64,000 bases of DNA from a virus. Its lineage: Duplodnaviria; Caudoviricetes. The notes below the pieces were generated by a model. That model was not told the origin of the DNA. It saw only the letters and a program-made list of their open reading frames with translations, and did not search any database. Of this stretch, positions 58,023 to 64,000 are shown piece by piece. The translations under genes were made by a program, and so were the position numbers. Location: IMG/VR virus record IMGVR_UViG_3300037067_013660, positions 96,001 through 160,000 of that record; one strand, 5' to 3'. Within the stretch, counting starts at the first letter, position 1; the number at the start of each line of letters is the position of its first letter.

Positions 58023-58823
58023 CTACAGCTCAAGTCGCAGTTTCTCGCCCTTCTTGATGCTGGCGATCGCGGCGTTGGCCACGACGCGCCAGCACTCCCG
58101 CTGTACCCTAGCATCGTGCAGGGCGTTGTGCTGGGGTAAAGTATCGTGCCAACCGTTCACCGAGGCGAAGGCGTCGCGATTGACGTCTGGATCGATTCCT
58201 ACGACCCGCAAGACAGTGGCGAGATCGTACGGGATGTAGAAAATGTTCTTTGGGAGTTTCTGGGCACCACCAAAGAGCTGACAGAAAAGCGTCCAATCGT
58301 ACGCCCCTACGTCGACCCAAATTTCCGCCTGGTCAAATCGACGGAGCCACTCAACCAAGCTCTCGGCTACAAAAGCGGTAGGTCCCTTGACGTGGTGGTG
58401 TCCCTCTGGATTCGATACGTCACTACCGACAGGATGGTACGCTAGTATTAAGTTGGTCAACACATTGTCTTGGATCCATGGGTCTACTTGGTGAGCATCA
58501 TAGTCCGTGAACTCCGCGTAAAACTCTTCACCTGTGTCCGCCACCAACGCGAGCGAAATCAGGGTGGTGTTCTGGTGCAGACCCGTGAACTCGGTATCGA
58601 GAAATAGTTTAGTACGTGTTGGCCGCATGGCTTCCTGTTCCTTACGAAACCGCGCTGCTTCCTCTGGCGTAGGTAGCGGCATATATGTGTCCTTTTCGTA
58701 GTCCATGATAGCGGTGACCAACGCGGCCCGTTCCTCGAAGTCTGGGTCACCAGGACGAGCAGACCACAGGGTTTCGAGCCGGGTACACGCAGCCTCGAAC
58801 TCTTGTCGATTGTTAATGTGCAT
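58023..58823 (-). CDS. HigA N-terminal-like domain fused to an Rv2179c-like DEDD 3'-5' exoribonuclease
   Basis: INNRQEFEAAC.RLE.LW.A.PG.P...E...LV..I..YE; LFLDTEFTG, AYDW, HNALHDA. Confidence 0.8.
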   Translation of the reverse strand: MHINNRQEFEAACTRLETLWSARPGDPDFEERAALVTAIMDYEKDTYMPLPTPEEAARFRKEQEAMRPTRTKLFLDTEFTGLHQNTTLISLALVADTGEEFYAEFTDYDAHQVDPWIQDNVLTNLILAYHPVGSDVSNPEGHHHVKGPTAFVAESLVEWLRRFDQAEIWVDVGAYDWTLFCQLFGGAQKLPKNIFYIPYDLATVLRVVGIDPDVNRDAFASVNGWHDTLPQHNALHDARVQRECWRVVANAAIASIKKGEKLRLEL

Positions 58824-59149
58824 TATGCTTTTCCCTTGGTTCTCCACGCTTGCCACGCGTCAAAAATTTCTTGAGCCGCCGCCTCGTAATGATCCGGTGT
58901 CCCAACCGACGCAGAATCGAATAGATGGCAAAACGTACCGTACAACTCATTTTTGACGACAATAAACTCGACCACACCACGACAATCCATCAGCCACTCG
59001 GCCATAAAGGCGGCCTCGGGCCTGTATTCATGATTGGGTGCCCCCATCCTGATGAGTCCCATGGGGTCGTGCCGTGCGAGGATTTCCCTGATCGTAACTT
59101 CAAGGTCGTGCCAACGTCTACTTACGTCGATCGGAAACTCGTTGCTCAT
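58823..59149 (-). CDS. Hypothetical protein
   Basis: HDPMGLI..GAP.HEY.PEA. Confidence 0.6.
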   Translation of the reverse strand: MSNEFPIDVSRRWHDLEVTIREILARHDPMGLIRMGAPNHEYRPEAAFMAEWLMDCRGVVEFIVVKNELYGTFCHLFDSASVGTPDHYEAAAQEIFDAWQAWRTKGKA

Positions 59150-59481
59150 GTTTCATCCTTCCGGCGCCAACATTCCTTGCACCTGTACCAACCATCACCA
59201 CAACAATCTCGTGTAAAGCCCAGGGGGCGAACACGTTGCCTTCGGGGCAAAACAGTCGAGGTGCTCTCGTTCGTCCTGGGGCAGCATGGCCCAAGCATGG
59301 TGTCGGTTTGCTTGTTCGATCGCGGCCTTAATCTCAGGGTCTTGAGTAAGTATCAGGACTTCTTCTGGTCGCAAATACAGACCCTTATGTTCTGCTGCCG
59401 CTTGAACTAGTTTGTGGAACACCGTTGGGTTTGCCATCGTAGATTCCTCCAAGACTTTTCATCACGTCTGGGTGGGAGTCG

Positions 59482-60537
59482 TCACCTTACTTTGAATATA
59501 GTGATACCGACAACGTTACAATCAACAATTTCTTCTAGCTTGCTTGCAGCCGAGCCCATTGTAGTGCCGCTCGTAAGGATGTCGTCTACTACAACAATGG
59601 TGTGTTGCGGGTCTAAATTAATTACTTTATTCCTGCCCGCTATTTTTACCGACACAACAAAGAACTTTCTGAATCTACCTGGTATTTGTTTCATGGACTC
59701 AAAATGCTTGGTCTGAAACTTATCCATTACAAAATCTGGAGCCGACTCAGATAATTGAATTGTTTTATCTATAATAAAGAAATTAGGTATGAACTTTGTT
59801 TGATAGTGTCTAGCGACAGCATCACCAAAATCAGAAGTTAGTCTACTCGCACTACTGATGCCACATACCATCTTTACTTGTTGTGGCAAGTGCCTTATCA
59901 TTTTCTCAGATGTGTGTTCTATAAATTCATCATAAGATTCGTGATTTATTTTGTATTTAGCTTCCGGCATACCTTTGACTGCCTTAAGCATGTCAACGGC
60001 TAAACTACTATGTTGTTTAATCTGATACGCCGAGTAAACGGTAAATCCACTGACCGTAGTTTCGAACGGTTTCCCGTCCAGTCTGCCGAACGACAAATCC
60101 ATAAATCCAAAATTGTCAAGGGTAATGAACAACTCACCTGATTTGTCGTCTACGATAAAACCTGCATCGCGTATCGTTTTTGTCGCGATGTCAAAGATAA
60201 TTGCGGGTTTACGTTGTAGTTTGGCCAATCCAATAGTATTCTCCGTACCTTTAGATACACCGTCCCAGAACACCAAAATCATGTCACTGTTCTGAACAAT
60301 TGTTTTGTTGCGGACAACTCCCGCTCCTCTACCATAAGTTTTCCAGTCTGGTGCAAATATTTTGATCGGTAGGTTGTATGCAGCGGCGAATCGTTCTGCG
60401 AACGTATCCGTTCCTGCAGCACCCCCCGATACAATACGGACATCTTCTCCGACGTGATCTACGATAGACATCACGATGTTGGTAAACTCTTGGTAGTTTG
60501 TATAGGTTCTAGACCCTACGATGCCTAGATTAAACAT
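59482..60537 (-). CDS. SLOG (DUF2493/YspA-like) plus phosphoribosyltransferase fusion
   Basis: IVGSR, VSGGAAGTD, GAGVVRN, FWDG.SKGT; VVVDDILTSGTT; low GC. Confidence 0.85.
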   Translation of the reverse strand: MFNLGIVGSRTYTNYQEFTNIVMSIVDHVGEDVRIVSGGAAGTDTFAERFAAAYNLPIKIFAPDWKTYGRGAGVVRNKTIVQNSDMILVFWDGVSKGTENTIGLAKLQRKPAIIFDIATKTIRDAGFIVDDKSGELFITLDNFGFMDLSFGRLDGKPFETTVSGFTVYSAYQIKQHSSLAVDMLKAVKGMPEAKYKINHESYDEFIEHTSEKMIRHLPQQVKMVCGISSASRLTSDFGDAVARHYQTKFIPNFFIIDKTIQLSESAPDFVMDKFQTKHFESMKQIPGRFRKFFVVSVKIAGRNKVINLDPQHTIVVVDDILTSGTTMGSAASKLEEIVDCNVVGITIFKVR

Positions 60538-60638
60538 TTTGTTTCCTTTTAGCTATTTTCTTTCGTAGCTTCGCCGTTTCCTTCTTGTGACACAGTATAC
60601 ACAGGGTCCGGTAATTGTCCAGTCCGCATTCCCCGCCG
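60483..60638. repeat. 156-bp direct repeat, copy 1 (copy 2 at 63265-63420)
   Basis: 3' end of the HNH gene plus 5' end of the SLOG-PRTase gene, few mismatches. Confidence 0.9.
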
Positions 60639-60750
60639 TCCCATCCCTGCACCACATCCCACGTCCGCCACCTGTATCCAGGCTCAGCAATGCACATGTT
60701 CCTCCGCGGCCGCGCGCACTCCCTTCCCTGCTTGTCCAGGTAGGTGTCGG

Positions 60751-61410
60751 TCATGCTCCTACTCCTCTCGGCCACTCGCGGCCGATCTCGGGCACCGAGG
60801 TCTTGCCGTACACGGGCACTCCGCGGGCACGCAGCGCGTCTGCCAGCAGGTGCGCCCACTCGCGCGAGTAGAGCACCGGACGCGGCGAAAGAAGCCCCAC
60901 GACCACCCAGTCGGGCACCCAGTCCCCGATCACGATGGGGGCCAGCAGGGGCTCCACGGAGATCCAGCGGCCGAAGCCCGGCGGGATCTGGCGGAGGTGA
61001 GCACATGCCACATCCCAGCTCGCCTGATCCGTGGCGGTAGCGCCCATCCATGCGGGCACTGCGGGCCATGTGAACCACTCCATCTGCGCCGGGCGCTTCG
61101 TGAGCAGGAGGTACGTGTGTCATGGTGCGCCGTACATGGCGTCATGGACTGCGAGAGTCCAGTCTGCGTCCACTCCCACGCCGTACAGGTCCGAGGTCGA
61201 ACACACGAAGATCCGCGCGGGCTTCTTTCGCCTCGCAGGCTCGCCCAGTCGCTCCGGGTGGAACGTGGGCAGGAAGGCCCGCTCCTCATCCGTGCGACCA
61301 AAGCGCCGCGCCATAGCCCGCGCGTAGCAGTACGAGCAGCCCCCGAGGCAGCCTGTTATCGGATTCCAGCTCAGGTCACTCCAGCCGATGGTCTTGGCGA
61401 CGTTGTTCAT
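60751..61410 (-). pseudogene. Gp37/Gp68-like (DUF5131) protein with an internal TGA
   Basis: WNPITGC..GCSYCYA, IFVCSTSDLY, AP*HTYLLLTKRP, WISVEPLL, DWVVVG; both halves in one frame. Confidence 0.8.
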
Positions 61411-61979
61411 GGCTTCCTCCACTTGCCCGCTGCCCCATCGAAGCTGTCAGCCTGCTCTACCAGCCCGCAGCTCGCACAGCACATCTCGTGGCGCACGTAG
61501 TAGAGTCGGCACTCGACCGCCTCGCCTCCGCACCTCGGGCACGTCTTGAGGTCACTCATGGGGCACCTCCAGGAGCGCGGCGAGGTCGGACAGAGACAAC
61601 CTTAAACAGCCCGGAATGGATTGCGTCGCCATCAGCCTCTCAATCCCCTCCCGCAGCCTCGCCAGCTCGGCCTCGGCCTTCTCGGCGCGCAACACCAGAT
61701 CGTCGCCTCGAAGCCGTTGGGTATCCCGCTCCCTCTCGGTGATGGTGAGCGCATGCTCTAGCGCCTGAGCATCGGTGCCATCCAGCGGCATGCGGCGGCG
61801 GCAGGCATCGCGCACAGTGATTTTCTCGTTGCTCATCGCCCTTCCCTCCGCGCCCAGGGGATCCAGGCGTGCCGGTAGACCACGCCGATACCTACGTGTG
61901 CGTTTCGTTCGATGTACTCGCGGACCCTGCGCCTGACCGGGCACCACCAGGGAATCCAGACGTGGACCTCTGCGGCGAA

Positions 61980-62195
61980 TCACGGTCTGCGCCTCCTGCG
62001 GGCCCAGATAGTGCCGTAGCCGTCGCCGTGGCCGTAGCCGTCGCCGTGGCCGTAGCCGTGGCCGTGGCCGTAGCCGTGGCCGTAGCCGTAGCCGTAGCCG
62101 TAGCCGTCGCCGTAGCCGTAGCCGTCGCCGTCGCCGTAGCCGTAGCCGTCGCCGTAGCCGTCGCCTACCGGCATCTGCACCGTAGCACCCATCAC
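61980..62195 (-). CDS. Gly-Tyr/Asp/His repeat peptide
   Basis: (GDGYGYG/GHG)n from hexamer repeats at about 62013-62165; overlaps the upstream stop. Confidence 0.65.
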   Translation of the reverse strand: MMGATVQMPVGDGYGDGYGYGDGDGYGYGDGYGYGYGYGHGYGHGHGYGHGDGYGHGDGYGTIWARRRRRP

Positions 62196-62695
62196 AGCCC
62201 CCAGTCGTCGCGGACGGGCACGCGGAAGATCTCGGCGTCGGCGGGCAGGTCCACATCTGCGACCGTGCGGATGTCGCTATCTAGCTCCGGATGCTCGATC
62301 ACTGCTGCGAAGCCCTGGCCGCCAGTCCAACGGTAGACCCACACCGCGCGAGACAAACGGATCCGTCCATTCTCCTCGGTGATGTCACCGGCGAAGATCC
62401 AGCCGCGATCCACCACCACGACGGCGCGCTTACCTGTGGGGCGCGAGTCCGCGCGGATGTAGTCGATCCCGTTCACCGTGATCCTGTCTTCCATGATTTC
62501 CTCCTGTTTGTTGTTCATACTCATTCCCTCCCGCAGCCTCGCCAGCTCGGCCTCGGCCTTCTCGGCGCGGGCGCGAAGCGCGTACAGCCTCTCGTCTGGC
62601 TCGTAGTGATCACACCTCACACCGCACGCGGCGGCTAGGCCCATCACGCACCCCTCGTACTGGTTCCACTTGTCGCAGGTCTTGCAGTCACTCAT
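62192..62695 (-). CDS. DUF6948-like protein fused in frame to the duplicated MSDCK module (own start likely 62494)
   Basis: VVVVDRGWIFAG.......IRLSRAVWVYRW. Confidence 0.65.
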   Translation of the reverse strand: MSDCKTCDKWNQYEGCVMGLAAACGVRCDHYEPDERLYALRARAEKAEAELARLREGMSMNNKQEEIMEDRITVNGIDYIRADSRPTGKRAVVVVDRGWIFAGDITEENGRIRLSRAVWVYRWTGGQGFAAVIEHPELDSDIRTVADVDLPADAEIFRVPVRDDWGL

Positions 62696-62930
62696 CTCTC
62701 ATCCCTCCTTCCACGCGAGCACCACGGTGATGTCGCGGTCTACCTGGCGTACCGACGCTTCCCACCTGGTGGGCACAAGTACATCATTGCCTAGCCCCTG
62801 GCAGTACTGGAGCATCTGGCGTTTCGACCGAAACGTTTGTTCTTCAGGACGCCAAGGCGTTTGACCTCATAGACACGACCAACCCGCGAGACCAACACGA
62901 AGGCGTTTTCCCAAGCACAGTCACGCCATT

Positions 62931-63140
62931 TTAGGTTTTTGTTTCCCATTGTTTATTCCACTCGTTGGCCGCCTGTTCAAACCCCACGACGTAGTGGTCG
63001 GTACTGAACTCACACCGGTCACACCAGACCAAGAAAAAATGATGTCTGGTATCGCGGTGTCGAATACGAGTATGTTGTAGCGTTTGACAACCACAATTAG
63101 GGCAAGGATTTAGACGACGACGTTCAACGTACGGGTTCAT
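62931..63140 (-). CDS. Lar-like zinc-ribbon protein
   Basis: LNPCPNCG...VWCDRC...AANEWN. Confidence 0.65.
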   Translation of the reverse strand: MNPYVERRRLNPCPNCGCQTLQHTRIRHRDTRHHFFLVWCDRCEFSTDHYVVGFEQAANEWNKQWETKT

Positions 63141-63311
63141 GATGGTGTTTTACCGTGGGTTGCGGAGTACTTGATTACGTTATGTTGTTTCCTCTGCATG
63201 AGACTACAACAGGCGCCTGAACCTCCCCAAGGCTAAAGCCTGGGACTTTCGGGTTACAGAGGGATAAACTCTTGGTAGTTTGTATAGGTTCTAGACCCTA
63301 CGATGCCTAGA

Positions 63312-63827
63312 TTAAACATTTTGTTTCCTTTTAGCTATTTTCTTGCGTAGCTTCGCCGTTTCCTTCTTATGACACAGTATACACAAAGTCCGGTAATTGT
63401 CCAGTCCACATTCCCCACCGCCCAACACCACGGGTTTGATGTGGTCGGCGTCCCAGTAGCCGCCGTATCGTCTGGTGCCTAACGGTCTACCCAAACGCCG
63501 CCGAAACTCCTGAACAGCGACTTTGAACGCATCGGTAGTACCGCGTCGTGCCTCGTTGATCTTCAGTGCCAAATGCTGTTCCAACACGACGGTGTCGGTG
63601 CCGCACAAGCAACACACCCCTCGATCTCGCTCGAACAAACACTTGCGCACGTACGCGGGCTGGGTCCGGAGTTTGTGCTGGTGGACGCACTCGTCAGAAC
63701 AAAAGGATCTGCGTCCCCTCGGTACCTCGACGCCGCACACCCGACACTTGGCCCGCCCGTCCGGCCCCCTCGGGAGCTTCGCGGGGTTGACCCAACCGGC
63801 CGATTTGCTGATGCGGCGTCTGCTCAT
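63312..63827 (-). CDS. HNH-domain protein
   Basis: ERDRGVCCLCG, WDADHIKPVVLGGG..GLDNYRTLCILCH..ET. Confidence 0.85.
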   Translation of the reverse strand: MSRRRISKSAGWVNPAKLPRGPDGRAKCRVCGVEVPRGRRSFCSDECVHQHKLRTQPAYVRKCLFERDRGVCCLCGTDTVVLEQHLALKINEARRGTTDAFKVAVQEFRRRLGRPLGTRRYGGYWDADHIKPVVLGGGECGLDNYRTLCILCHKKETAKLRKKIAKRKQNV

Positions 63828-64000
63828 GTCAAAATGGCTTCTTGCGACACGTTTCGTTCAGCAACGAATCCACCAGATCGAATTCATCGGCGTCCTGGCA
63901 CTTGTGCGCCTCGGTCCAGCAGAGAAATTGTCGGGCCGTCCGGTCGTACTCGACGCGTTCGATGCAGCACCGCTGCACAGGGCACGCGTTTCCCAACGAC

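Noticed and set aside
61869-62336. Plus-strand (AV)n ORF
   Set aside because: Antisense shadow of the GDGYG hexamer repeat; the neighbouring genes are all on the minus strand.
1-64000. Stop-codon reassignment or suppressor tRNA
   Set aside because: Long genes are intact in code 11, and TAG, TGA and TAA all terminate genes with normal overlaps. No tRNA has a CTA, TTA or TCA anticodon (the TAG and TAA anticodons are Leu).
1-64000. CRISPR array or diversity-generating retroelement
   Set aside because: No regularly spaced repeat-spacer array, no reverse transcriptase, and the duplications do not show adenine-specific mismatches.

Overview
A 64-kb segment of a large, GC-rich, contractile-tailed (myovirus-like, probably jumbo) bacteriophage; no core bacterial genes are present. 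From left to right: (1) nucleotide metabolism and recombination genes (class II ribonucleotide reductase, RuvC-like resolvase). (2) A virion morphogenesis block (neck proteins, tape measure, tail chaperone with a -1 frameshift, tail tube, large sheath, tail completion) sharing a conserved upstream motif, TTAATCTTTA. It is interrupted by a Ycf46-like AAA ATPase operon and followed by a sigma-factor-like gene. (3) An RNA-rich accessory region at 27.7-42.4 kb with a candidate type I toxin-antitoxin locus, a tRNA array, several non-canonical tRNAs and tRNA mimics, HNH genes, signalling genes, LamG tail-fibre-like genes and many orphan antitoxin-like genes. (4) A mosaic run of small minus-strand genes with two IS200/IS605-family elements and several recent duplications. 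The most notable observation is upstream of the tRNA array: a 47-codon leader ORF that uses all 20 amino acids, has 33 consecutive non-repeating codons, and overlaps an antiterminator/terminator switch. It looks like a general tRNA-depletion sensor that switches on phage tRNAs with altered anticodon loops. All product calls come from motif recognition by eye; no database searches were run.
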